Assembly: GCA_965261825.1 (NCBI GenBank)
Contig: OZ253484.1
Coordinates: 532,695-596,694, forward strand
DNA: 64,000 nucleotides
Direction: 5' to 3'
DNA from: Dehalococcoidia bacterium
GTDB lineage: Bacteria; Chloroflexota; Dehalococcoidia; Lucifugimonadales; QGNO01
Below the pieces are notes generated by a model. The model was given only the letters and a program-made list of their open reading frames with translations. It made no database searches and was not told where the DNA came from. Shown in pieces: positions 19,367 through 30,115 of the stretch (position 1 is its first letter; the number at the start of each line of letters is the position of its first letter). Made by a program: the position numbers and the translations under genes.

Positions 19367-19621
19367 TCATGCTTGTAGCCCCTCGCCGTCAAAGGTCGCC
19401 TCAACAGCAATTTGCAGTGGGAAGGGAACTTCTTTTCCATTCGCATCTCGCAATATGAGCCTGTGCGACATTCGCCCTTGCACCGTATCAGTCACGCGCG
19501 TACCAGCTCCCTTCAATGCCACATAGAGAGGGTCATCGTCGGCGGATGACAAAGAGATCTCCCGAGCCAAAGCTTCCGCCGTGTCCCATTTCCTAAGAGT
19601 GTTCTTAATGACATCAGCCAT
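19367..19621 (-). CDS. Hypothetical 84-aa protein
   Basis: Starts 1 nt after the MTase-HNH stop; no recognisable motif. Confidence 0.6.
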   Translation of the reverse strand: MADVIKNTLRKWDTAEALAREISLSSADDDPLYVALKGAGTRVTDTVQGRMSHRLILRDANGKEVPFPLQIAVEATFDGEGLQA

Positions 19622-19622
19622 G

Positions 19623-21080
19623 TCACAGCACCGCCATTTCCTTTAGTCTTGCTACCAGGTACTCCTGCGGCCTGTCGCCCTTGATGCGATTGCAGTGCGA
19701 GCAGAGCATCTGTAGATTGTCCCGGTGGTCCGTGCCACCCCTGGAACGCGGGATGACGTGGTCAACTTCCAGCCCCCTGAACTCGAAGTGCCCCCGGCAT
19801 CCCGCACAGTAGCCCATCTGCTCACCGTAGATGACGTGCGCCTGTTTGCGGTAGTTGACAGGTGCTTCGATGTCCGTGCGCTGGGGTATGTCGGTGCGGG
19901 CGGTGACGTAGCGGTGATGAAAGAGGCTGCCCATTGCCTGCTGTAGGCGCATGTTCACCAGCTCCACCGCCTTGGGCGATATGTCGATGCCCACCCACTT
20001 GCGATTTAGCTTGTCGGCGGCGACGCAGGCGGTGGCGCAGCCGCAGAACGGGTCAAGCACCACGTCGCCCTCGTTGGAGGACGCCTTGATGATGCGCTCC
20101 AGCAGGGCCAGGGGCTTCTGCGTGGGGTAGCCGATGCGCTCGTCAGTGCCCGCACTGACACCCATTTCATTCCAGATACCTTCCACCACCTTGCCAGGGG
20201 CATCTTGTAAGTAGTTCTTCAATCTTGGAATGCCACCCTTCTTCTTGGGCCAGTGAATCATGCCGAGGTCATCTAGCACGTCAAGCTTGGCGTGGATGCC
20301 CAGTTTTCGCCAGTCATCTTCAGGGGGAAGGTTCCACCATTCTGGCAACAAACTATGTCTTGGAAGTGCCCACGCTCTACCCGGACTTGGGCTGATCCCC
20401 CTCCATGCTTCATACGCCTCTGGACCTCCAGGCCTTGCCCCTGTAATCGGATGTGATTGATATTGGCCGTTGTCGTCCGAGTATCTAAAAGCCTGTTTTA
20501 TGTACGGCTCAAGGTAAGGCTCATACTGAGCATTCCACACCCAAGTATCGCCCTTCGAGTACATAAGCAATACATCGTGAAGCGCAGGCCACTGTTTCGC
20601 CCCAAGGCTGTGTGAATGAGCGTGCCTACGCCAGACGACCTCGGAGCGATATCGCCTCTGCCCGAACACTGCATCCATGAGCAGCTTGAGATAGTGGCTT
20701 GCCGTCGGGTCGCAGTGGAGGTAGATGCTGCCGGTGTCCTTCAGCACGCGCTGCATCTCTATGAGCCGCACCGCCATCATGGTGAGGTAGGACTGCATAC
20801 CCTTGCCATGAGTGAGGCCCGCCGTCTTCAGCACGTGGGCTGTGGCGGGCTGCTCATCGGCTATGAGGCCCATCCAAGCAACGTCCAGGTCGGAGAGGGT
20901 CCAGGTGTCCTTGAAGGCGGCTCCGGCGGCCTTGCTTCCCACGGGGGCGGCGTAGTTCTGGTTGGAGTTGAAGGGCGGATCAAGGTAGATGAGGTCAACG
21001 CACTCGGAGTTCATCCCTCGCAGGATGTCGAGGTTGTCGCCTGTCCAGATGGTCTTGTCGGCGAAGTTGGGTTCGGTCAT
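19623..21080 (-). CDS. Beta-class N6/N4 DNA methyltransferase fused to a C-terminal HNH endonuclease
   Basis: DLIYLDPPFNS (motif IV), YPTQKP, VLDPFCGCAT (motif I), then CAGC...EVDHVIPRSRGGTDHRDNLQMLCSHCNRIKG. Confidence 0.93.
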   Translation of the reverse strand: MTEPNFADKTIWTGDNLDILRGMNSECVDLIYLDPPFNSNQNYAAPVGSKAAGAAFKDTWTLSDLDVAWMGLIADEQPATAHVLKTAGLTHGKGMQSYLTMMAVRLIEMQRVLKDTGSIYLHCDPTASHYLKLLMDAVFGQRRYRSEVVWRRHAHSHSLGAKQWPALHDVLLMYSKGDTWVWNAQYEPYLEPYIKQAFRYSDDNGQYQSHPITGARPGGPEAYEAWRGISPSPGRAWALPRHSLLPEWWNLPPEDDWRKLGIHAKLDVLDDLGMIHWPKKKGGIPRLKNYLQDAPGKVVEGIWNEMGVSAGTDERIGYPTQKPLALLERIIKASSNEGDVVLDPFCGCATACVAADKLNRKWVGIDISPKAVELVNMRLQQAMGSLFHHRYVTARTDIPQRTDIEAPVNYRKQAHVIYGEQMGYCAGCRGHFEFRGLEVDHVIPRSRGGTDHRDNLQMLCSHCNRIKGDRPQEYLVARLKEMAVL

Positions 21081-21135
21081 TAGCTCACCATGGAGGCGCC
21101 CACTTTAGGGCAAATGTTTGTTTTGTCCCATCATT

Positions 21136-21161
21136 GTACAACGACGAAGTACAACGACGAA
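21136..21161. repeat. Perfect 13-bp tandem duplication
   Basis: GTACAACGACGAA x2. Confidence 0.9.
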
Positions 21162-21232
21162 ACGCAAGATGGCGCTACCGTCAAGCACCGTATGGGTCAA
21201 CCGCTTGCTGAAGGAGTGCCGAAACTTACCAC

Positions 21233-21339
21233 TAAAAAGAGGAGCTGACTATCCGGAAACACCCGGAAGAGCCCAGGGGCTCTTGTCATCAGCTCGGGAC
21301 ACCATGCACAATTTACTTAACTCTTTTCGTACTTGTCAA
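21233..21339 (-). ncRNA. Candidate promoter plus ~70-nt three-way-junction RNA/attenuator upstream of the MTase-HNH gene
   Basis: Minus strand TTGACA-18 nt-TAAATT (21339-21310); stem GAGCTGA/TCAGCTC enclosing two hairpins, followed by CTCTTTTT. Confidence 0.4.
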
Positions 21340-21362
21340 AGCTCACCTTATCTGATTCTTAA

Positions 21363-21839
21363 ATGAAGCCTAGATTCATTATGGACGTAAACGTGGGGCG
21401 ACTGGCCAAGTGGCTGCGCGCCATGGGCTACGACGCCTCCTTTGTGCCGGACGTCGATGACGGCGATCTGCTGGCAATAGCGCATAGTGAAGGGCGTGTA
21501 GTCCTCTCCAGGGACAGGCGCTTGTTGGAACGCCGCCTGGTTACGTCCGGTTACGCTAGCGTACTCCTTCTGTACAGCGATAAACTGTTCGAGCAGGTGC
21601 AGCAAGTGACCGGTGAATTCAAACTTAGTGCTTCGGAGGAGTTCTTACGTTGTATAGAGTGCAACGTTGAGCTGCGCGGCTTGGACGCGGAGCAGGCGGA
21701 GGATAGAGTGCCGGTTTACGTTTTCCAGACGCAGGAGATGTTCAAGGAGTGTCCCCGTTGTCTCAGGGTCTACTGGCGCGGCACCCACTGGCAGAACATG
21801 AGGCGGGACTTGGAGCGCGCACTTGGAGAGTCGGGATGA
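21363..21839 (+). CDS. Mut7-C RNase domain (DUF82, PIN plus Zn ribbon) protein
   Basis: DVNVGRLAKWLRAMGYD, LSRDR, RCIECN, CPRCLRVYWRGTHW. Confidence 0.92.
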   Translation: MKPRFIMDVNVGRLAKWLRAMGYDASFVPDVDDGDLLAIAHSEGRVVLSRDRRLLERRLVTSGYASVLLLYSDKLFEQVQQVTGEFKLSASEEFLRCIECNVELRGLDAEQAEDRVPVYVFQTQEMFKECPRCLRVYWRGTHWQNMRRDLERALGESG

Positions 21840-22960
21840 GCGGCGCGGCATTCGTCTACACTGACCGGCTTTCCAGCCATGTATTGCGTGAAGGCCATCC
21901 CATGCGACCGGTCCGGCTCCGCCATACGTACGAGTTGCTGGAGGCGCTGGGTGCATTCCAGCTCCCTGATTCTTCCGTGGTGGAACCGAGACCCGCGTCC
22001 GAAGAGGAGATCCTAACCTGCCACACGCGGGACTACGTGGATGCGACCAGAAGCCTGAGCGCCGGGCTTTCCACCGGCGACCCGGCAAGATATGGATTCA
22101 GCGCGGCGGGGGACAACCCAATCTACAAGGGCATGTACGATGCGGCGCTGCTCTCTACCGGGGCATCCCTTGTTGCTGCTGAAAAAGCTCTGTCAGGAGA
22201 GGTGAGTGCCGCTTTCAATATATCGGGAGGGCTTCATCACGCCATGCCGTCTAGCGCCTCCGGCTTTTGCATTTTCAACGATCCGGTCGTATCGATAAAG
22301 GCGATGGTGGGTAGAGGGCTTCGCGTAGCCTACGTGGATATAGACGCCCATCACGGAGACGGCGTACAGCAGATGTTCTACGATACGGATTCCGTGCTGA
22401 CCATCTCGCTGCATGAGTCCGGGCAGTACCTTTTCCCGGGGACGGGCTTTGTCGAAGAGAAGGGGAGTGGTCCTGGAGAAGGCTACTCCGTCAACCTGCC
22501 TCTTGCGCCCTATACCAGCGACGAAGTGTACCTATGGGCGTTTCAGCAAGTGGCGATTCCGTTGCTGGAGCTGTTCAAACCGGATGCGCTGGTGACGCAG
22601 CTGGGCGTGGATACGTACTACTCTGACCCGCTGACCCACCTGGCTCTTACCAGCAGGGGATTCGTGTCGGTGGTGGAATCCCTGGCACAAGCCGCAAAGG
22701 ATGTGCCCTGGATTGCCCTGGGCGGCGGCGGTTACGACCTCTCCGCCGTGGCCAGGTGCTGGGCCCTGGCTTACGGTGTCATGGTAGGCCAGGAGTTGTC
22801 GGATGTTGTGCCTGAGTCGGAAAAGGGCAGGCTGGGGAAGGATAGAGTGCGAGACCTTGAGGACCCTCCCATGACGAGAGATGCGGTCCAGGCGACAAGG
22901 CAGTTCGCCGAGGCAAGCGTCAGGATGGTGGAGAAGATCATCTTTCCCCACCATGTCTAG
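21836..22960 (+). CDS. acuC: AcuC/histone deacetylase-family protein
   Basis: HPMRPVRL, GGLHHA, SGFCIFND, YVDIDAHHGDGVQ, SLHESG, GGGGY. Confidence 0.88.
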   Translation: MSGAAFVYTDRLSSHVLREGHPMRPVRLRHTYELLEALGAFQLPDSSVVEPRPASEEEILTCHTRDYVDATRSLSAGLSTGDPARYGFSAAGDNPIYKGMYDAALLSTGASLVAAEKALSGEVSAAFNISGGLHHAMPSSASGFCIFNDPVVSIKAMVGRGLRVAYVDIDAHHGDGVQQMFYDTDSVLTISLHESGQYLFPGTGFVEEKGSGPGEGYSVNLPLAPYTSDEVYLWAFQQVAIPLLELFKPDALVTQLGVDTYYSDPLTHLALTSRGFVSVVESLAQAAKDVPWIALGGGGYDLSAVARCWALAYGVMVGQELSDVVPESEKGRLGKDRVRDLEDPPMTRDAVQATRQFAEASVRMVEKIIFPHHV

Positions 22961-22976
22961 CACGCGGAAGAATACA

Positions 22977-23010
22977 AAGAAACGGGTCTCATGAATGAGA
23001 CCCGTTTCTT
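22977..23010. terminator. Bidirectional hairpin terminator between convergent acuC and dnaK
   Basis: Perfect inverted repeat AAGAAACGGGTCTCAT-GA-ATGAGACCCGTTTCTT. Confidence 0.88.
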
Positions 23011-23023
23011 ACTGAAGTGACGA

Positions 23024-24910
<1,887 letters not shown>

Positions 24911-24951
24911 TTTGTTCCTCCGTCTAAGGCGGTTTCCCAGCCTTGAAAGCT

Positions 24952-25509
24952 CTACTCCTCTTCTTCCGGATGTTGTTCTTGCGCTATTGCAACCTGCGCT
25001 GCCCTCAGTATCTTGTTGCGCATCTTGTAGCCCGGCCTGATGACTTGGGCCACAATGCCAGGCTCATGCTCGTTGCTCCGGAGGGACATGATCGCTTCAT
25101 GTTCCCACGGGTCGAACGGCTTGCCCTCCGCTTCTATTGAGGTTACGCCCTCCGATTCAAGCAGTGCTTTCAGGTTCTTCTCTATAATCCGTACCCCTTC
25201 CACCCAGGGAGCGTCTTCTCCCTCTGAAGGGGCCTGCTCCAGGGCCCTCTGCAGGTCATCCACAATGGGGAGCAGCTTGTTGATAACGCGAGACGCAGCG
25301 GCATCGAAGATATCTCCTCGTTCCTCTTCCATCCGCTTGCGATAGTTGGTCAAGTCTGCCTGGGCCCGCTGCGCCATCTCACGAAACTGACTGCGTTCCC
25401 GGTCTGCTTCCTCAAGCTGGGCCTCCAGCTCTTGCCTGGAAGTGGGAATTTTTTCAGGTTCGTTGTTCAGCTCTTCCGGCCTATTGGGTGAGTCCGTTAT
25501 CCCTGGCAT
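24952..25509 (-). CDS. grpE: Nucleotide exchange factor GrpE
   Basis: [31 protein letters not shown]...ILRAAQV. Confidence 0.96.
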   Translation of the reverse strand: MPGITDSPNRPEELNNEPEKIPTSRQELEAQLEEADRERSQFREMAQRAQADLTNYRKRMEEERGDIFDAAASRVINKLLPIVDDLQRALEQAPSEGEDAPWVEGVRIIEKNLKALLESEGVTSIEAEGKPFDPWEHEAIMSLRSNEHEPGIVAQVIRPGYKMRNKILRAAQVAIAQEQHPEEEE

Positions 25510-25512
25510 GGG

Positions 25513-26034
25513 CTACTCCATCTCTCTAGGAAGGTCCAGGCTTTCCATAGCCACGTCAAGCAACTGTAGCATCCTATCGAAGTCCTGTGCCACTACTGTC
25601 CTAAAGTCGCGTTGTGCTTCCAGAGCGGCGATTCGCTGCCTGGCCTGCCTAATCCGCCCAAGCAAGTCGAGTACAAGCTCCACTCCTGCCAGGTTCATGC
25701 CCAGGTCGTCTACCAAGTGCTTGATCAATTTGAGCCTGGCTATGTCCTGCTCGGAATAGAGCCGCAGCTTGCCGATTGTTCTGGGTGGACGTATAAGACC
25801 GGCGCGCTCATACTTGCGCAGCGTTTGAGGATGCATTGCCAGCAAGCGGGCGGCAACGCTGATGATGTAGAGGCCCTCTACGGGTTTCTGGTTGCCTTCG
25901 CTGGGAATTTTCCCCTCGGGTACGTCCCTGCGCATAGGCAGCGATTCGCCGGGAAAGGGAGAGGGGATAACTTCGCTGGTACGGCTGGGGGTCTTCCCCC
26001 GGTAGGGTTGTTCTCTTCGAGTTCTGCTTGTCAT
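25513..26034 (-). CDS. hspR: HspR-type MerR-family heat-shock repressor
   Basis: YIISVAARLLAMHPQTLRKYERAGLI, RLYSEQDI, LGMNLAGV; upstream of grpE-dnaK; start uncertain. Confidence 0.85.
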   Translation of the reverse strand: MTSRTRREQPYRGKTPSRTSEVIPSPFPGESLPMRRDVPEGKIPSEGNQKPVEGLYIISVAARLLAMHPQTLRKYERAGLIRPPRTIGKLRLYSEQDIARLKLIKHLVDDLGMNLAGVELVLDLLGRIRQARQRIAALEAQRDFRTVVAQDFDRMLQLLDVAMESLDLPREME

Positions 26035-26072
26035 TGCTGCCTTATGGATCAGTTCAAGTGACTATGGAAAGT

Positions 26073-26101
26073 ATTATAAGCATTGATATGGAGCATGTCA
26101 A
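26073..26101 (-). promoter_or_regulatory. Consensus sigma70 promoter of hspR-grpE-dnaK with overlapping HAIR-like inverted repeat
   Basis: Minus strand TTGACA-17 nt-TATAAT; TTGATAT-GGAGC-ATGTCAA (26083-26101) has the TTGA-N11-TCAA spacing of HAIR. Confidence 0.85.
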
Positions 26102-26297
26102 GTTATATAATAGTCACTGATGTATAGAATTTGAGATGCGAAGTCAACTGACAAAAGGTGAGTCTGATTCGTTATTACGTATATCGACAACAAATTGACG
26201 AATCCAGCAGCAGGTTTTCGTCGTATCTCTCTTAATACTGGTATCGAAAGGTAAATTAAAGGGAGAGGAATCCGGGACACAGGAGGTAGAAACAGAG

Positions 26298-26471
26298 ATG
26301 ATATACTTCAAAGCTTGCCCGCGCTGCAAAGGAGATATGACTTTGACAGGTGATCATTATGGCTGGTTCAAAGAGTGCCTGATGTGTGGCTACGAGGCGG
26401 ATGTGCAGGGTGATTCCGGCATGGAGATGCCCGCCAAGCTGGTGGAGGAGGTAGCCACCGAGGCAGCTTAG
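26298..26471 (+). CDS. 57-aa zinc-ribbon microprotein (not in ORF track)
   Basis: AGGAGGT RBS; MIYFKACPRCKGDMTLTGDHYGWFKECLMCGYEAD...; own terminator. Confidence 0.88.
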   Translation: MIYFKACPRCKGDMTLTGDHYGWFKECLMCGYEADVQGDSGMEMPAKLVEEVATEAA

Positions 26472-26492
26472 AGCAAACCGGCCCTCTTCGGA

Positions 26493-26540
26493 GAAGTGCC
26501 CTCCAGGGCTTCCCTTGGAGGGCACTTCCTTTTTGTTTTG
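26493..26540 (+). terminator. Intrinsic terminator
   Basis: GAAGTGCCCTCCA...TGGAGGGCACTTC then CTTTTTGTTTTG. Confidence 0.9.
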
Positions 26541-26588
26541 TCCTGTCACTATACTGGCAGGCGAGCAAACCCATCAGCTTAAAAGGCG

Positions 26589-27986
26589 GTGTTCTTGGAG
26601 AACATAGAAGGGAAGAGCAGAGATGGAACGGTGTCTACGGAAGAGGCCTCTTCCGTAGAAGGCCGCGTGCGCCGAGTGGCGGCAGCCCTGGAAGAGGAGA
26701 TCAGCGGCAATTCTCTGGTGATGCTGGCACAACTGCATCCGGCCGACCAGGCCAGCGTTATACAAGTAGTCTCTTCCAGGGTGCGCAATGCACTTGCCGC
26801 GGCGCTGACTCCCTGGCAATTCGCGGATATCCTGGAGAATCTGGACGAAGAGGATGCCGCCTCCGCTCTACGCTCTCTAGACCACCCGGCGCTGGCTGCC
26901 GTACTGGACGAGGTGCGGCCGGAAGTTGCCGCAGACGTTTTGCAGCAGCTTCCGGCTGAAAAGGCCGAACGGGTCCTGGTTGAGTCCGCTCATGCCGATG
27001 AGATAGCTCCTCTGATAGCCTTCCCCAAGGAAAGCGCCGGCGGCCTGATGGCGCCGGTCACCATCACAGTCTCCGACGAGACTACGGTAGGCCAGTTCAT
27101 GTCTCTGCTGAGGCATTTTGGCCGTTCTGCGGAGGGCTTGGGCAGCTACTTTGTAGTGGATACGGAAAGCAGGCTGCTGGGAACCGTTGCACTGGGAGAC
27201 CTGGTCTTTTCCGAGCCCGGCTCTCGCATCCAGGACGTAATGCACAAACCTGTCGCCACGGTTGATCCGAAGCTGGACCAGGAAGAAGTGGCAAGGCTGA
27301 TGGACCGCTACGGCTTATCGGAGATTCCTGTGGTGGACACGGAAGGCAGGCTGTTGGGAGCCATTACCTTGCAAGAGGTATTTGAAGTGGCGCAAGAAGA
27401 GGCGACGGAGGATATGCATCGCCTGGCCGGGTTGGGTTCAAGGGAAAGGACGAGCTCTACAATTGGCAGGTCAGTGTTGAAGAGGTTCCCCTGGCTGCTC
27501 CTCAACCTTGCCACTGTGGTCCTTGCCGCCGCGGTCATAGCCGCATTTGAAAACACTATATCCAGGCTGGTGATCCTTGCCGCTTTCATACCGGTGGTTG
27601 CAAGTCAAGGAGGGGCGGCCGCCACGCAGACGCTCACCCTAATAGTAAGGAGCCTGGCCTTGGGGGAGGTCACCTTTCGCGGCGCGCGCCGCATTGTCCT
27701 GAGAGAGGCGTTATTGGGAGTGATTCACGGACTGCTTCTGGGACTGCTCGTTGCCGTCCTGGGATTTGTCCTGGAGGATAAGGCTGCCCTGGGGTTGGCG
27801 TTGTTCATTGCCATGACGGCCAACATGGTGGTGGCGGCGCTGGCGGGAGCTCTGGTACCTCTGGGGTTCCGTGCCGCCGGCATTGACCCGGCACTTGCCT
27901 CCGTTGTGGTTGTGACCACGGTTACGGACGTGGCCGGCTTCGCCATATTTCTGAGCACTGCCGCTCTGCTTCTACGAATTCTATAG
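26589..27986 (+). CDS. mgtE: Magnesium transporter MgtE
   Basis: ESAGGLM, CBS pair, DQEEVA, EATEDM, RFPWL, IDPALAS, TTVTDV; start uncertain. Confidence 0.92.
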   Translation: MFLENIEGKSRDGTVSTEEASSVEGRVRRVAAALEEEISGNSLVMLAQLHPADQASVIQVVSSRVRNALAAALTPWQFADILENLDEEDAASALRSLDHPALAAVLDEVRPEVAADVLQQLPAEKAERVLVESAHADEIAPLIAFPKESAGGLMAPVTITVSDETTVGQFMSLLRHFGRSAEGLGSYFVVDTESRLLGTVALGDLVFSEPGSRIQDVMHKPVATVDPKLDQEEVARLMDRYGLSEIPVVDTEGRLLGAITLQEVFEVAQEEATEDMHRLAGLGSRERTSSTIGRSVLKRFPWLLLNLATVVLAAAVIAAFENTISRLVILAAFIPVVASQGGAAATQTLTLIVRSLALGEVTFRGARRIVLREALLGVIHGLLLGLLVAVLGFVLEDKAALGLALFIAMTANMVVAALAGALVPLGFRAAGIDPALASVVVVTTVTDVAGFAIFLSTAALLLRIL

Positions 27987-28014
27987 CTGCCCCGGTTGGC
28001 TACGGGCTTCCGGG

Positions 28015-28614
28015 TTATGCAAACCTCTCTTCCTTCCAGGGGTTGCCGTTCTTGTGGTAGCCGAGCTGTTCCCAGAAACCAGGGCGTTCTTCATCCATGA
28101 ACTCCAGACCGTTGACCCATTTGGCGCTCTTCCAACCGTATCTGCTGGACACCACCAGCCGCATGGGGCCGCCGTGCTTGCGCTCCAACGGCCTGCCGTC
28201 GTGCATATGCGCAAAGAGAACGTCTTCCTCCATGAGTACGTTGAGTGGAAGATTGGTGGTGTAGCCCCCGTAGCAGTGCACCATGACCTGTTTCCCTTCC
28301 GGTTTGGGGCTGATTTGCTTCATAAGCTCGCTGAATTGCACGCCCTGCCATAGGTTATCCAGCCTGCTCCACTGGGTTACACAATGGAAATCATGGGTAA
28401 TGGTTGTTTGCGGCATGGACATGAAATCTTCCCAGTTCAATTCAAGCTCTTGGTCTACCAGGCCGAAAACCCGGAACTTCCAGTCCTTGGTCTCTACCAC
28501 CGGTGTTTGGCCGTAGGTAAGGACGGGGAATTTATCAGTGACGAATTGCCCCGGTGGAGCCTCGACTCCCTCTTGCTTTTTGATAGCAGTGGTCCTGCCC
28601 AGCTTCTTGAGCAT
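28015..28614 (-). CDS. Sulfite oxidase-like molybdopterin oxidoreductase (YuiH/MsrP-like)
   Basis: PPGQFVTDKFPVL, DFHCVTQWS, YTTNLPL, HGGPMRLVV, YGWKSAKWV, GFWE. Confidence 0.9.
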   Translation of the reverse strand: MLKKLGRTTAIKKQEGVEAPPGQFVTDKFPVLTYGQTPVVETKDWKFRVFGLVDQELELNWEDFMSMPQTTITHDFHCVTQWSRLDNLWQGVQFSELMKQISPKPEGKQVMVHCYGGYTTNLPLNVLMEEDVLFAHMHDGRPLERKHGGPMRLVVSSRYGWKSAKWVNGLEFMDEERPGFWEQLGYHKNGNPWKEERFA

Positions 28615-28725
28615 GTCAAACACCTCAGTTCTTTGCGCGTTGCCTAATAAGGATACCTTCCACGTTGAGGCGTAGTAAAGCGCAACTTGTGACCCCATGC
28701 CTTCTGGTCTATATTGCACTGAATC

Positions 28726-29442
28726 ATGGGAAATTCTTCTTCCAAAGAGGCAATCAGCATCCAGGGAGCCACCAAGTCCTACGGCGCTGTTCCCGTACTT
28801 CACAACCTTGATCTGGAGGTGGGCTGGGGTGAACGGTTGGTCCTATTCGGCGTCAACGGTTCCGGAAAGACCACCCTGGTCAGGCTGCTGGCCACATTGG
28901 CCCGGCCCAATTCGGGACGGATAGAGATAGCGGGGCTGGACGTGCGACGCCACGGTGCGCAAGCGCGGCGCAGCATGGGCGTGGTCACCCACCAGACCCT
29001 GCTCTACGATGACCTCACCGCTTACGAAAATCTCCGTTTTTACGGCAGAATGTTCAGGGTAGCGGACCTGGAGCAGCGCATAAGCCGGGTGGCCGATTTG
29101 ACAGGCATAGAACATCGTTTGAAAGCACGGACGCGAACCCTTTCCCACGGTATGCAGAAGCGCCTCTCCCTGGCGCGAGCGCTGCTTCATAGCCCTCCCA
29201 TTCTGATCATGGACGAACCGGAGACCGGCCTTGACCAAGAGGCTTTGGAAGTGCTGGAAGGTGTGGTGCAGAACACGGCAAAAGCGGTGTTGATGACTAC
29301 GCACAACCTGGATAGGGGACTCAGCCTGGCCAGCAGGGTGGCCATTCTGGCAAAAGGACGCATCGCCTATCAGGCGCCGCGGGAAGGCCTGGACGCCAAC
29401 GAGTTTCGCCGCATCTTTGATACCTATAGGGAGACCTTCTGA
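28726..29442 (+). CDS. ccmA: Heme exporter ATP-binding protein
   Basis: GVNGSGKTT, HQTLLYDDLTAYENL, LSHGMQKR; upstream of ccmB/C. Confidence 0.9.
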   Translation: MGNSSSKEAISIQGATKSYGAVPVLHNLDLEVGWGERLVLFGVNGSGKTTLVRLLATLARPNSGRIEIAGLDVRRHGAQARRSMGVVTHQTLLYDDLTAYENLRFYGRMFRVADLEQRISRVADLTGIEHRLKARTRTLSHGMQKRLSLARALLHSPPILIMDEPETGLDQEALEVLEGVVQNTAKAVLMTTHNLDRGLSLASRVAILAKGRIAYQAPREGLDANEFRRIFDTYRETF

Positions 29443-30114
29443 ATGAACGACTTCCTATTGCCGATACTGGTCATTGCCTGGAAAGACGTTTTGTTGGAGC
29501 TGCGGACCAAAGACGTAGTGGTGACCGTTCTCATTTTTGCCCTGCTGGTTGGAGCAATCTTCAACTTCGTTTTTGCTCCCACGGAAGAGCTCATTGGCTT
29601 GATTGTACCGGGGACACTCTGGGTGGCTATCACGTTTGCCGGCGTCCTGGGGTTCAACCGCTCCTTTGTACTGGAGAAGGACAAAGGCAGCCTGGATGGA
29701 CTGCTCCTCTGTCCGGTGAGCCGTGACGTAATCTACTTTGGGAAGCTGCTTGGTCTGCTCATCTTCATGACAGTGGCAGAGATGGTGATTGTGCCCCTGT
29801 TTGCCGTGCTGTTCAACGTTTCCGTACTGGACATAAGGATCCCGCTGGTGGTCCTGCTGGCTACGGTAGGCTTTGCCAGCGTTGGCACCCTCTTTTCCGC
29901 CATCTCAGTCAATACGCGTTCGCGGGAGGTGATGCTTCCCATACTCTTGCTGCCCGTTGCCGTGCCGGTGATAATCGCCGCCGTGGAATCCACGCGCGCT
30001 ATTCTGGAAGGCTCTTCGCTAGGAATAGGACGCTGGGTTCAGTTGCTAGTCGCCTTCGATGTGATATTCTTGATTGTGGCTTCTTTCACTTTCGGCGCCG
30101 TTCTGGAGGAATAG
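29443..30114 (+). CDS. ccmB: Heme exporter permease
   Basis: WKDVLLELR, EKDKGSLDGLLL, REVMLPILLLPVAVPV. Confidence 0.92.
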   Translation: MNDFLLPILVIAWKDVLLELRTKDVVVTVLIFALLVGAIFNFVFAPTEELIGLIVPGTLWVAITFAGVLGFNRSFVLEKDKGSLDGLLLCPVSRDVIYFGKLLGLLIFMTVAEMVIVPLFAVLFNVSVLDIRIPLVVLLATVGFASVGTLFSAISVNTRSREVMLPILLLPVAVPVIIAAVESTRAILEGSSLGIGRWVQLLVAFDVIFLIVASFTFGAVLEE

Positions 30115-30115
30115 C

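Noticed and set aside
16465-21080. DUF1998 helicase next to a methyltransferase as a DISARM-like system
   Set aside because: Helicase is the MrfA/Hrq1 repair type coupled to DUF503, convergent to the MTase, and no drmC/D/E genes are present
21270-21296. CTGATGA on the minus strand as a hammerhead ribozyme core
   Set aside because: No GAAA after stem II and no stem I/III arrangement
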